Below, piece by piece: positions 1-8,270 of a stretch of 64,000 nucleotides of DNA; position 1 is the stretch's first letter, and each line of letters begins with the position of its first letter. This DNA is from a virus: IMG/VR virus record IMGVR_UViG_3300009285_004753, positions 28,280 to 92,279 of that record; one strand, written 5' to 3'. Both the position numbers and the translations under genes were made by a program. The notes below the pieces were generated by a model, which searched no databases, was not told the DNA's origin, and worked only from the letters and a program-made list of their open reading frames with translations.

Positions 1-899
1 AATGATCGGACAGTGTCCCGCCATGCCGGAGAACAGCCTGGAATAGCGGCATGATCCCAAGGGACGAACACGGCCTTACCCGGCCCCCACGACAGCCCGA
101 ACCCGACCATCCGGTCTTCGAGCCCCAGACCAAGACCCTCGATGTCGATCACCACGTACCCTACGGTACCGAACAAAAACTGTTCGCGCAGAGTATCGAC
201 CAACTCCGACAATACCTCCGTTCCCCGGTAACCTGGTTCGATCATCGTGTAGTGCATCTCAGCGGCGCCCCCATCCGCCAACTCTCGGGCACGGATTAGA
301 TCAGCCAGAGCGATTGATGCGTACTGCTGTTTTTTCTTCTCGTCTTGCCCGTACAGCGTTGCTGCCGGGTGATACGTTGCCAGTACGGGTACTGCCGGTA
401 CTTGCGGACCGACCTGCATCAAATACGCGTTACCCGGCTCCAACGACAGTACGTGCTGCCAGTCCAGTGTGAAGTTCCGCTCCCTCGCTGTATGAACAGC
501 CTTCAGCCCCGTGAAGTAATGGATCGCTGTCTCGCCCACGGCGACAATGACTTTCGGCTTAATCCGCACTAGGTCTTCCCACAGTTGCTCGTGGCACCGC
601 AGGATGGCATCTTGCGGCGGCTTAGCAATGTGCTTGATCTGTTGGCCTGGCCGCTGCACATAGCCGGGAAAACACCGGATGACATTAGTAATCCAAGCGC
701 GCTGGTGCAAGCCAGCCTGCTGCAACCACGCATCTAACCGCTCTCCAGCTTTCCCGACGAACACACGGCCGACCCTGTTCTCCGACGGACCAGGCGCCTC
801 ACCGACGATCAACACATCAGCAGCGTCCGGTCCACGGGCAGAGCAAGCCCGCGCTGTCTGAGCCAACGGACACCCGTAACACCTGCAACGATCAGACAT
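1..899 (-). CDS. Family A DNA polymerase with N-terminal family-4 uracil-DNA glycosylase domain (partial, runs off left edge; not in ORF track)
   Basis: Manual translation from ATG at 899: MSDRCRCYGCPL..VLIVGEAPGPSENRVGRVFVGKAGERL..TNVIRCFP..RCHEQL..TYHPAA (UDG family 4 motifs and Fe-S cysteines), then VIDIEGLG..VGFGLSWGPGKAVFVPW (PolA 3'-5' Exo I). No stop before position 1. Confidence 0.88.
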   Translation of the reverse strand, partial: MSDRCRCYGCPLAQTARACSARGPDAADVLIVGEAPGPSENRVGRVFVGKAGERLDAWLQQAGLHQRAWITNVIRCFPGYVQRPGQQIKHIAKPPQDAILRCHEQLWEDLVRIKPKVIVAVGETAIHYFTGLKAVHTARERNFTLDWQHVLSLEPGNAYLMQVGPQVPAVPVLATYHPAATLYGQDEKKKQQYASIALADLIRARELADGGAAEMHYTMIEPGYRGTEVLSELVDTLREQFLFGTVGYVVIDIEGLGLGLEDRMVGFGLSWGPGKAVFVPWDHAAIPGCSPAWRDTVRS

Positions 900-1530
900 C
901 AGTTCTCCACGTCAGCCCGACCAGCTTTCCATTCACGATTTCCACCGTAGCGGGGCGCTCGCACAGAATCACCGTGCCGGGCATGATCCACATGGCGAAG
1001 CACGCACCCGCTATCTCCTGGTGCAGCCGGAGCTTTTCCGCAGCCTCCGGCGCGTACTCCACCAGCCGCGCCCCGTACCCGTAGAATGCCAGCCATCCCG
1101 AGTCCCAGAGCGAGGCCCAGAGCGAGTCACTGAGCGAGGCCCAGAGCGAGGCCCAGAGCGAGTCACTGAGCGAGTCACTGAGCGAGGCCCAGAGCGAGGC
1201 CCTGAGCGAGGCCCTGAGCGAGGCCCAGAGCGAGTCACTGAGCGAGGCCCAGAGCGAGTCACTGAGCGAGGCCCAGAGCGAGTCACTGAGCGAGGCCCTG
1301 AGCGAGTCACTGAGCGAGGCCCTGAGCGAGGCGCATTCCGCCGCCCCCGCCTGCGGCGTCAGCACCCACACCACGCCATCAACTTTGACCCCCGCGATCC
1401 TGGTCAGCTTGCGGACGGTGGCCTCCGCCCGAGGCCGGTCCGCGGGCTCCGTGCTCGTCGCCGCGCGAAATGCCGCGGCGCGGTACTCGATCAGTGCCTG
1501 CTCCTGTTCCGCTGTCAGTTTGTTTATCAT
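892..1530 (-). CDS. Phage protein with central tetrapeptide-repeat tract (DUF6745-like)
   Basis: 212 aa. N-terminal LTAEQE..AD RP.AE, SL(W/R)A / SLSD repeats, then WDSGWLAFYGY and FAMW...VILCERP, an architecture I recall from DUF6745-type phage proteins. Confidence 0.65.
   Translation of the reverse strand: MINKLTAEQEQALIEYRAAAFRAATSTEPADRPRAEATVRKLTRIAGVKVDGVVWVLTPQAGAAECASLRASLSDSLRASLSDSLWASLSDSLWASLSDSLWASLRASLRASLWASLSDSLSDSLWASLWASLSDSLWASLWDSGWLAFYGYGARLVEYAPEAAEKLRLHQEIAGACFAMWIMPGTVILCERPATVEIVNGKLVGLTWRTDV
1108..1335. repeat. 19 x 12-bp in-frame tandem repeat with three variants (gagcgaggccca / gagcgagtcact / gagcgaggccct)
   Basis: Read directly: units start at 1108 with period 12 through 1324; encode SLWA/SLSD/SLRA on the minus strand. 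Confidence 0.92.
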
Positions 1531-1545
1531 CGTACCCCCCGAGTA

Positions 1546-2112
1546 TCACTCCACCACTTCACCGATCTGTCCCTCCACATGCGGACAGACGGCAGCAGCC
1601 AGGTCCAGCCGGACGTTACCTCCGCTATTCTTCAGGGCCAGAAGTGCCCCACGGCCGTCCGCCAACAAGACGATCGCCCCGTCGTCAAGAATGAGCATGT
1701 AGTCTACCGCTACTTTACCAACATAACCCAGTGCCACGAACTGCACGTCACCCGCCGGCGTCAGCGCCCACACCACACCGGGTTTCAGCGTGATGCTGCG
1801 AAGATCCGTAGCAGGAAACACAGACACCCGCGTGGACAACGGCGCACGCAGAACTACCAGAGCGCTGTTGCTGGATATTCTGCCCGGAGGCGTCAAAGAC
1901 ACCAAGTGCGACGGAGTATAAAAAACCGAACATGCCAGTATGCGCCCATCAGTAGTCATTACGTTTTGATGCACCGGCACATACCACGTGAACCCGGCCG
2001 TACCGTCTTTCCGCCCGAGCACTACAGCGAATTTATCACAGTCGGCACACGAAACAACTGTACCGGGCACGCCCGGCTGAACACCCTGTGCGTCAACGGA
2101 CCAAGTCTTCAT
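1546..2112 (-). CDS. Hypothetical protein (beta-rich)
   Basis: 188-aa ORF filling the gap in the operon, overlapping the upstream stop. Confidence 0.6.
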   Translation of the reverse strand: MKTWSVDAQGVQPGVPGTVVSCADCDKFAVVLGRKDGTAGFTWYVPVHQNVMTTDGRILACSVFYTPSHLVSLTPPGRISSNSALVVLRAPLSTRVSVFPATDLRSITLKPGVVWALTPAGDVQFVALGYVGKVAVDYMLILDDGAIVLLADGRGALLALKNSGGNVRLDLAAAVCPHVEGQIGEVVE

Positions 2113-2680
2113 CGCCGCCCTCCTGCACTACATATACCAAAGCGGCGGCAATCTGCCGAAACGCGATATTCACCCTGTACTGCGACACACGCAGCCGACG
2201 AGCCACCAGTGCAGCCGACAGCAATGACGTTCTATGCGCACCAGCGGCACGCTCCTCGTCTGTCACCTCGGGCCGCAAAAGATGAACGTCCAGCACAGCC
2301 AGAGCCAGAGGGTGAGGCTGCAGCCTGCGACGCAGAGCGCGAAACACACGCGCTACCCGCCACCGCCGTTCGGCGGCGTCCCATTCTTCATCCGGCCCCA
2401 TGCCAGATGCCGGGGGACCGCCGCCCTCGTCTGCCGCAAGCGGCGTGTCTACCCGCGGGTCACGGGCAGGCCACAACCGGTACCGCAGTACCCGCGTCAT
2501 CCGCCTGTCTGCCACCGTAGTCTTCAGCCGAGACAAACCGTCACCATCAAGACCGGGGCAACGCTGCAACACCTCCGACACCGCCAGCGCAGCTTCCTGC
2601 TCCAGATCAGCCGGTTCCAGATCGTGCACGGAAGGAAAACGTGCAAGCCTACTCCGCGCCATTGCCGAATACGAATACAT
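2093..2680 (-). CDS. Sigma-70/ECF-like RNA polymerase sigma factor or sigma-like HTH protein
   Basis: Region-2-like DLEPADLEQEAALAV and C-terminal HTH-like SAALVARRLRVSQYRVNIAFRQI. Start moved to ATG 2680 behind a G-rich RBS. Confidence 0.5.
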   Translation of the reverse strand: MYSYSAMARSRLARFPSVHDLEPADLEQEAALAVSEVLQRCPGLDGDGLSRLKTTVADRRMTRVLRYRLWPARDPRVDTPLAADEGGGPPASGMGPDEEWDAAERRWRVARVFRALRRRLQPHPLALAVLDVHLLRPEVTDEERAAGAHRTSLLSAALVARRLRVSQYRVNIAFRQIAAALVYVVQEGGDEDLVR

Positions 2681-2694
2681 GCCGCCCCCCCTGA

Positions 2695-3078
2695 TCAGAG
2701 TTCGATCCCCGCTCGATTGCACACGCGCCGCGCTGCTTCCTCAAACCCGAACCACGCCAGCAGGTTCTGATTCTGCTGGTCCAACGCCAGCGGGTCTTCC
2801 GAGTCCCACTTCTCAGCGAACAACGCTGCTGGACACGACTCTCCGGCGCAAGACAGCAGTTCGGCCAGCATTCGGTTGATCTCCGCCTTGTGCGTCCCGT
2901 AAAACAGCACGGTGTCCTCGTAATAAACCAGAGTGTCCACGATCCCCGACACACAGCCGTCCCGCGCCAAATCGGCAGCAACCGACTGTACGTCGCCGTC
3001 CCGTTCCTCCGCCTCTTTCCGCAGCCACTGAACAACGACATCTTCCAACTTCGTTTCTGCCGTCAATTCGTTCGACAT
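2695..3078 (-). CDS. Small acidic phage protein (GC.SG..L.YY.DT..FY / NLLAWFGFE family), possible DNA mimic
   Basis: 127 aa; 25 D/E versus 11 K/R by manual count; GGAG RBS. Confidence 0.7.
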   Translation of the reverse strand: MSNELTAETKLEDVVVQWLRKEAEERDGDVQSVAADLARDGCVSGIVDTLVYYEDTVLFYGTHKAEINRMLAELLSCAGESCPAALFAEKWDSEDPLALDQQNQNLLAWFGFEEAARRVCNRAGIEL

Positions 3079-3100
3079 CGTCTTCCTCCGATTTCCTGAA

Positions 3101-3310
3101 TTATCCGACCTCGACGACGAGTACCTTAACGATCCGCACTACGCGGTTGGCATCATCCCAGGCCGCCCCACCAGCTTTCCGGTACTTCCGAATCTGCAGG
3201 TTGCAACCCGCCCTGTCCACGTCAAGGGCAGAAACGTCCAGCCAAGTGTGACCATCATCCTCACACTTCCTGATAGGGACATACGCCGTGATTGAATGAA
3301 TGAGCGGCAT
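3101..3310 (-). CDS. Hypothetical protein
   Basis: MPLIHSITAYVPIRK.. 69 aa; start just after the upstream stop at 3316. Confidence 0.55.
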   Translation of the reverse strand: MPLIHSITAYVPIRKCEDDGHTWLDVSALDVDRAGCNLQIRKYRKAGGAAWDDANRVVRIVKVLVVEVG

Positions 3311-3315
3311 TCTTC

Positions 3316-3600
3316 TCACCCCACCTGCGTCAAAAGACGCGTTTTCGGGTTGAACCAGCCGTGGCGACGACCGACACCGGCGGCCCCCAGGGTCACAAAA
3401 TCGAAGTAGCACTGTTCGGTCGGATTCGGATCAGGGTCGAAGAACGGACGGACGATCTCGAACGACTCTCCAAGATAAATGGCGTGAACCGTGTACAGCG
3501 CACCACAGCGCGTACACTTGACTACGCTCCTCGTCTTCGTACCGTTACCGGGATCAGTCGCCAGCTTACATGCACAGGCAGGGCATCCATCCGTCTTCAT
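3316..3600 (-). CDS. Zinc-ribbon protein (CPAC..CTRC)
   Basis: Two CxxC pairs; GGAGG RBS about 8 nt before ATG 3600. Confidence 0.65.
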   Translation of the reverse strand: MKTDGCPACACKLATDPGNGTKTRSVVKCTRCGALYTVHAIYLGESFEIVRPFFDPDPNPTEQCYFDFVTLGAAGVGRRHGWFNPKTRLLTQVG

Positions 3601-3630
3601 CGGCATCGCCTCCGGTTATCACCCAGCCCG

Positions 3631-3658
3631 ATTACCATGCAATCAGCGTGCCAGTCAA
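3631..3658 (-). promoter_or_regulatory. Candidate promoter TTGACT-N15-TGGTAAT upstream of the early gene block
   Basis: Minus-strand TTGACTggcacgctgattgcaTGGTAAT in an intergenic gap just before an RBS; the -10 is non-canonical. Confidence 0.4.
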
Positions 3659-3725
3659 GCCCTATTTTTCGTAACCAGCGAGAACCAAAGCAAACTGATT
3701 ACCCGTAACAGAAGTGAGACAGCAC

Positions 3726-3887
3726 CTATTGTGTAGCACGGTGAAACATGCGCCTCAGAATGAGCGTCGCAGAAAACAACACCTGCTCGACCGGAACCGG
3801 GGGAGTTTCAGTACTGGCACACGCGACTGCAAAACTCTGAGCATCCAATTCCGCACCAACAAACAAGACCCCCGACAACATCGTCAT
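3726..3887 (-). CDS. Possible small protein (53 aa)
   Basis: ATG overlaps the methyltransferase stop (ATGA); no recognisable motif. Confidence 0.3.
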   Translation of the reverse strand: MTMLSGVLFVGAELDAQSFAVACASTETPPVPVEQVLFSATLILRRMFHRATQ

Positions 3888-5488
3888 GGCCGGCACGCCA
3901 TGAACGCACGAATGAACTCCGCAGCGAGCGGCGGCACTATTGCGTTTCCGTACGCGCGCAGTTGCCCCGTGCGACCGGGCCTGACGGGAGCGATCGGGCT
4001 GACCGAGCTTATGCAAAATCGGCCTCCACTACATATACCGCACCCCGCTTTCTCTTCGTCAGAAATGGATTCCCATGCTTTTTGAATCTCTGATAGTGTC
4101 GTGGGCACATCCCCGCCTTGACTGAGGTAACGCTGCAAAAACGACAAGGCGGCTTCGGTTTTGCCGTCTCCCGTCGCAAGCGCCCATGCTCTTTCATGTG
4201 ACACACAAAACACACGGGCGTCAGGTTGTCCGGGGCATTGTTCATTGGGTTGCCGTCCGCGGGATGTACGTTCAAATTGCGCGCAGTCCCGCAGTCCCGG
4301 CAATTCTTCCCGACGTGCTTTGCTGCCTGTCTCCGGTATGCCTTCGGCGACTCTACCTTGATCCTCCCCATCTGCCACGACGCCATGCATCTCCTGTCGC
4401 AGAACAGCCGCTGGTTGAATACCGAAAGATCCTCCAACCTCAGCCCGAACACCTTCCGCATCATACGCACAGCGCATTGCTTGCAATATTTCTCTGGAGT
4501 TTCCTTCTGTTTGCGCCCCATACATCACCCCCGTTTCCCTCTGGCAGGTGCCAATTGAGTCCATTGTATGGGCAACCCCATCAGATAGCAGACGAATTCT
4601 GGGGCGAGTCGGGCGAGACTTTCCGTCCCGGCAGGAAAGCCATTCGATGTCGGACCAGGGGCCTGCGCCGCCTGCCGGGGCAACTGGTCGAGTCGTTCCC
4701 GCCCCGTCCCGTCCGGGTTGATCCCCGTCGTCGCCATACCCGGTGTGTCCTTCCAGTCTCTGCTGCTTGGCGTTGTCCAGCCGACCAGTTGCACCTGGTC
4801 CTCCAGGTTCCGCACATCTCCCGGCTGTACCCGATTCCCGCCCGCGTCGCCCCGTGCCCGCGGCGTCTGCCAGCCGACAAACTTCACAGCGTGCTCCAGG
4901 CTCGCCGTGTGTTTCTTCCCGTCCTGCGTGCGCCCCGTGGCATCCATCTTGTCCACATCCATCGTTCGTCCGCCGCTTGGCGTGTTGGGAGTCGGCCACC
5001 CAGTACAGCCGCTGCCGGATGTGCGGTGCGCCGACGCTACAAGCTGGAAGTACCGTCGCCCCGCAGGTGTAACCTTCTCCTTCCAGGTCGTCGAATACAA
5101 GATCGAGCCAACCCCCTCCAATTGCTGCTCCAACCTGCTCGCCAAACACAGTGTCAGGCTTGCACTCGCGGATGAGACGGTAGAAGTCTGGCCAGAGATG
5201 TCGGTCATCACACACTCCTCTCCGATTGCCTGCAACAGAAAACGGCTGACAAGGAGCCGAGCCGGTCCACACGGGGCGTCCCTCGGGCCAACCAGCGAGA
5301 TGCAGGGCCAGCGGCCAACCAGCGATCCCGGCAAAGAAGTGGCATTGCGTATACCCGTGCAAATCTGCGGGGGAAACCGTCTGTATCGGCCTGTCGTCGA
5401 TGTCGCCCAACGGTATGTGCCCCGCCACCATGAGGTTCCACAGCCACGCGACGCAGTACGGATCAATCTCGTTGTAGTACGCGACCAC
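3884..5488 (-). CDS. DNA (cytosine-5) methyltransferase, large (alpha) subunit
   Basis: HFFAGIAGW (motif I), TGSAPCQPFS (catalytic PC, IV), FGEQV (VI), PHIRQRLYWV (VIII), QLRAYGNAIVPPLA (X). Motif IX is absent from this frame. Confidence 0.92.
   Translation of the reverse strand: MVAYYNEIDPYCVAWLWNLMVAGHIPLGDIDDRPIQTVSPADLHGYTQCHFFAGIAGWPLALHLAGWPEGRPVWTGSAPCQPFSVAGNRRGVCDDRHLWPDFYRLIRECKPDTVFGEQVGAAIGGGWLDLVFDDLEGEGYTCGATVLPACSVGAPHIRQRLYWVADSQHAKRRTNDGCGQDGCHGAHAGREETHGEPGARCEVCRLADAAGTGRRGRESGTAGRCAEPGGPGATGRLDNAKQQRLEGHTGYGDDGDQPGRDGAGTTRPVAPAGGAGPWSDIEWLSCRDGKSRPTRPRIRLLSDGVAHTMDSIGTCQRETGVMYGAQTEGNSREILQAMRCAYDAEGVRAEVGGSFGIQPAAVLRQEMHGVVADGEDQGRVAEGIPETGSKARREELPGLRDCAQFERTSRGRQPNEQCPGQPDARVFCVSHERAWALATGDGKTEAALSFLQRYLSQGGDVPTTLSEIQKAWESISDEEKAGCGICSGGRFCISSVSPIAPVRPGRTGQLRAYGNAIVPPLAAEFIRAFMACRP
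4009..4521 (-). CDS. Nested HNH endonuclease-like protein inside the methyltransferase gene
   Basis: CxxC...FCDRRC, CRDC..VHPADGNPMNNAPDNL..VCFVCHMKEH, C-terminal CRFC..MCPRHYQR. Starts 3 nt after the beta stop, with GGGGGTGA RBS. Confidence 0.8.
   Translation of the reverse strand: MGRKQKETPEKYCKQCAVRMMRKVFGLRLEDLSVFNQRLFCDRRCMASWQMGRIKVESPKAYRRQAAKHVGKNCRDCGTARNLNVHPADGNPMNNAPDNLTPVCFVCHMKEHGRLRRETAKPKPPCRFCSVTSVKAGMCPRHYQRFKKHGNPFLTKRKRGAVYVVEADFA
4525..5208 (-). CDS. Nested alternative-frame methyltransferase beta subunit (TRD plus motif IX)
   Basis: Own RBS (GAGGAG, 6 nt before ATG 5208). 227 aa with WPTP/WQTP/WTTP repeats and RLAPEFVCYLMGLPIQWT (motif IX-like). Confidence 0.8.
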   Translation of the reverse strand: MTDISGQTSTVSSASASLTLCLASRLEQQLEGVGSILYSTTWKEKVTPAGRRYFQLVASAHRTSGSGCTGWPTPNTPSGGRTMDVDKMDATGRTQDGKKHTASLEHAVKFVGWQTPRARGDAGGNRVQPGDVRNLEDQVQLVGWTTPSSRDWKDTPGMATTGINPDGTGRERLDQLPRQAAQAPGPTSNGFPAGTESLARLAPEFVCYLMGLPIQWTQLAPARGKRG

Positions 5489-5491
5489 ACT

Positions 5492-5902
5492 TCACCGATC
5501 GACCGAGTACAATAGCACAGCACAATCGACACATATGCCGGGAGCAAACGTCACCATACCGGAAACAACAACGTCCGGTATGACCGGACCGACGGACGCT
5601 ACCGCAACATCTGAATCAACACCGGCTATCGCGCGTCTGAAACGGATCACACACCCCCACAACCCGCCACCGATATGCGTCAGCCGCTCCCTGCAAACCG
5701 GGAACGGAGCCGGAAACCCCCCAGCGAGCACCAGCGCCTCCTCGGCAACACGCGCATCATTCGCGGCGCCGAGGCTGTCCGCCAGTATCTGAGTTGCCGT
5801 AGCGACAGATAGACGGGGAGACAAGCGCACGCCCTGCAAGAGGAGAGAAAGCGCAATATCCAATTCCGGGAACACAGGCCCGCGCCGAGACCAATCGCTC
5901 AT
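5492..5902 (-). CDS. Hypothetical protein
   Basis: 136-aa coupled ORF. Confidence 0.55.
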   Translation of the reverse strand: MSDWSRRGPVFPELDIALSLLLQGVRLSPRLSVATATQILADSLGAANDARVAEEALVLAGGFPAPFPVCRERLTHIGGGLWGCVIRFRRAIAGVDSDVAVASVGPVIPDVVVSGMVTFAPGICVDCAVLLYSVDR

Positions 5903-6324
5903 ACCCGCACCTTCGAGTAGACGATCACCTGCTCGTAGTCGAACACACCGATCTCACGCGGGCGTACCCGTCCGTCCAGATGCCGCACCTGAAACACGAT
6001 CTCAGGCGCCGCTGTATCGGGCAACCGCTTGATCACCCGGCAAAGTCCACCAGGCCACGACCCCATCGGTACGGTTTCTACCAGCACACCAATCAGTCGG
6101 TGCCTGTAATGGCAGTCGGCGGATCGCGCATCCCAGACCTCGCCGCCAGGAAACCGGAGCTTATGCCTGACACAGAAACGGATGGCGTTACGCTGCGTAC
6201 TACGCCTATAATAGAAGTTCGGTATCTGTGTTGCGCTGTCTATCTTCCAAGAAAGACAGTACGTCCCCGCTTCAAGCAGAACACAATGAAACCCGGATGC
6301 CGTCTTAGATGTGCGCACTGCCAC
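5899..6324 (-). CDS. Hypothetical protein
   Basis: 141-aa ORF; ATGA coupling to the next gene. Confidence 0.55.
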   Translation of the reverse strand: MAVRTSKTASGFHCVLLEAGTYCLSWKIDSATQIPNFYYRRSTQRNAIRFCVRHKLRFPGGEVWDARSADCHYRHRLIGVLVETVPMGSWPGGLCRVIKRLPDTAAPEIVFQVRHLDGRVRPREIGVFDYEQVIVYSKVRV

Positions 6325-6332
6325 TTGCCCCC

Positions 6333-6605
6333 CTACATGCCTAAGCCGCGATAGAAAGCATCGCGCTCCGGCTTTGCTGCAATAGCAGCGGCCTCTGTTT
6401 CAAACACATCATCAACCGAGAATGTTGTCGTCTCGCCGGAAAACGGAGAACGCCGTACCAGGGGGAACCAGACCTTGCAGACCAGCGTCGCGTCAGGTGA
6501 CACCGACGACGGCCACGGCGCTACGACCAGCATCGCGGGCACAATCACCCCGGCAAACAGCGTAGTATCGGATACATACACGAAAACTGTAGCACCATCG
6601 TTCAT
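6333..6605 (-). CDS. Hypothetical protein
   Basis: Start reassigned to ATG 6605 (GGAGG RBS, ATGA overlap); 90 aa. Confidence 0.6.
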   Translation of the reverse strand: MNDGATVFVYVSDTTLFAGVIVPAMLVVAPWPSSVSPDATLVCKVWFPLVRRSPFSGETTTFSVDDVFETEAAAIAAKPERDAFYRGLGM

Positions 6606-6955
6606 CTGATCCTCCGCGACATCCGGTACAACACGCTGTTCGACGTCATTACCGGAGTCAATAGACCGCGACACTTCTTCGGCCGGTGCACCGGCTCCGG
6701 CACAGGATCAGGCACCGACAATACCACGTTAAACCCGACAAACGATTCACTATCGCTGGCGTATGCGCGGTCAACAGAAACCAAGGCGCTGCCCGCCCAC
6801 TTGGCAACAACGAAATCACCAACAAGAGCGAACAGTAAACTGTCGTCACCCCGCGCACAGGCGCGACGAAACGGCAGCGGCAGACCACTCGCATGCGCGT
6901 TCCACGTCAGACGTGAAACGAAGACCTGCTGCTCGTGTCTGCCCTGCACATTCAT
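6602..6955 (-). CDS. Hypothetical protein
   Basis: 117 aa, coupled to the primase stop. Confidence 0.5.
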   Translation of the reverse strand: MNVQGRHEQQVFVSRLTWNAHASGLPLPFRRACARGDDSLLFALVGDFVVAKWAGSALVSVDRAYASDSESFVGFNVVLSVPDPVPEPVHRPKKCRGLLTPVMTSNSVLYRMSRRIR

Positions 6956-7983
6956 TGTAACGACCTCAGTTGCGCCTGTACCTGATCAAGCGTGAACGCC
7001 CGCTTAGTAACCGGTTGACACCGCCGAGAAATCAGTCCGATCGACTGCACCATGAAACTCATGTGCACCAACGGATCATACGGCCGACGAGCGCAGAACA
7101 AGTGCGCCAGTTGGTACGGAGGCACAGACGCCGGATCATCATCGTGACCCGGAAACTCCAACACCGACGTTTCAACGCCGCTGGAACGGAGCATCGCGGC
7201 AATAGCGTATGCCTTACCAACGGCATCGCCATCCAGAGCAACGCAGACCTCACGGAACCCAGCGGCAGCGATCAGAGCCAATTGCCGATCAGTCACGTGC
7301 TTCCCGTAACCAGCGATTATTCGGTCCCCCAGCGCCTGGGACGCTATGACCGCAGAGATTGGTCCCTCAACCAACACCGCAATATCCCGCCGCAACACAC
7401 GCCGCAGTTGGTAGACCTGGTCCCGCCTGGACACGGGTGCGTTCCGATACTTGTTCCGGTGCCCGACGAAAGTCCGCCCGACCCAATACAGCGGAATACC
7501 GTGTTCATCCTCATCAACGAAGACTACGCGTCCACGGAGGTCGTATGCCTCATTTCGCGCACCCTCGAATATCCTGTACCGCCGAATTGACCAGTCGGAG
7601 ATCCCACGGTCACGCAGATAGTTGTACCCGGCGGTCGTAAGCGGTTGCAGCGGCGGAACGGGCAGCACCTTGGCTTCTTCCGCCTTCTCTTCTTCCTCTT
7701 CCAGCAGGCTGACCATGTCGTCCAAGCACCGGCACTCAGGGTGCGTGTACAGATACGCCAGCCCGAGCCGACGATACAGCCCTTCAATCGACCCCCCCTC
7801 TTCGCACCGATGACAGAACCAGCGGCCCTTCTTCGGATTGAGGTAGAGTGGCATTTTATGCGTATGACTGTTCAGTACAGAGTTACAGAACGGACAAGCG
7901 AACCGGACCTCGCTGCCCGACGCCGAGTGAATCGGATCGCCAAGCACACGAACAAGAACCGGATCAGTCCCGACCACTGGCAC
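6952..7983 (-). CDS. DNA primase (CHC2 zinc finger plus TOPRIM)
   Basis: FACPFC..H...WFCHRC zinc finger, RGRVVF, VLVEGPISA, VALDGDAVG (DxD). Confidence 0.9.
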   Translation of the reverse strand: MPVVGTDPVLVRVLGDPIHSASGSEVRFACPFCNSVLNSHTHKMPLYLNPKKGRWFCHRCEEGGSIEGLYRRLGLAYLYTHPECRCLDDMVSLLEEEEEKAEEAKVLPVPPLQPLTTAGYNYLRDRGISDWSIRRYRIFEGARNEAYDLRGRVVFVDEDEHGIPLYWVGRTFVGHRNKYRNAPVSRRDQVYQLRRVLRRDIAVLVEGPISAVIASQALGDRIIAGYGKHVTDRQLALIAAAGFREVCVALDGDAVGKAYAIAAMLRSSGVETSVLEFPGHDDDPASVPPYQLAHLFCARRPYDPLVHMSFMVQSIGLISRRCQPVTKRAFTLDQVQAQLRSLQ

Positions 7984-8270
7984 TATCTCCCGGCAGGTTT
8001 TTCAGCAGCCCCCTTGAGGCCGTCAGCGATGTAGCCGGACGCAAAATCGGGCACAGGCATCACCAGTGCTGTACCGACCACTTCCAGCCGTGCCACGTCA
8101 TACCAACGGCTGTCTTCCACCTTCCCCGACTTCTCTGCCTGCGGTGCCACAACGGCCTGAATACAGCCGTACAGGTCGAACGACACACAGGTAACAACGC
8201 CCTTGAACCCCGTCACCTTGTCTTGAACCCGCCGCCCCAACAGCCGCCGGACATGCTCCTCAATTTTCAT
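7983..8270 (-). CDS. Conserved small phage protein (SH3-like: LG..V.DKVTGFKGVV...YGC)
   Basis: Recurrent phage motif; 95 aa from ATG 8270. Confidence 0.65.
   Translation of the reverse strand: MKIEEHVRRLLGRRVQDKVTGFKGVVTCVSFDLYGCIQAVVAPQAEKSGKVEDSRWYDVARLEVVGTALVMPVPDFASGYIADGLKGAAEKPAGR

Noticed and set aside
1108-1335. CRISPR array
   Set aside because: Units are contiguous 12-mers with no unique spacers, lie in frame inside a CDS, and no cas genes are present.
1021-2520. 499-aa plus-strand ORF with ERGP/ERVT repeats
   Set aside because: Antisense shadow of three coupled minus-strand genes and the stop-free repeat; no motif or convincing RBS.
4009-4521. Intein or group I intron hosting the HNH
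   Set aside because: No intein C/S...HN-C/S/T junctions; the host frame is open without splicing; the HNH has its own RBS. Intron structure could not be fully excluded by eye.
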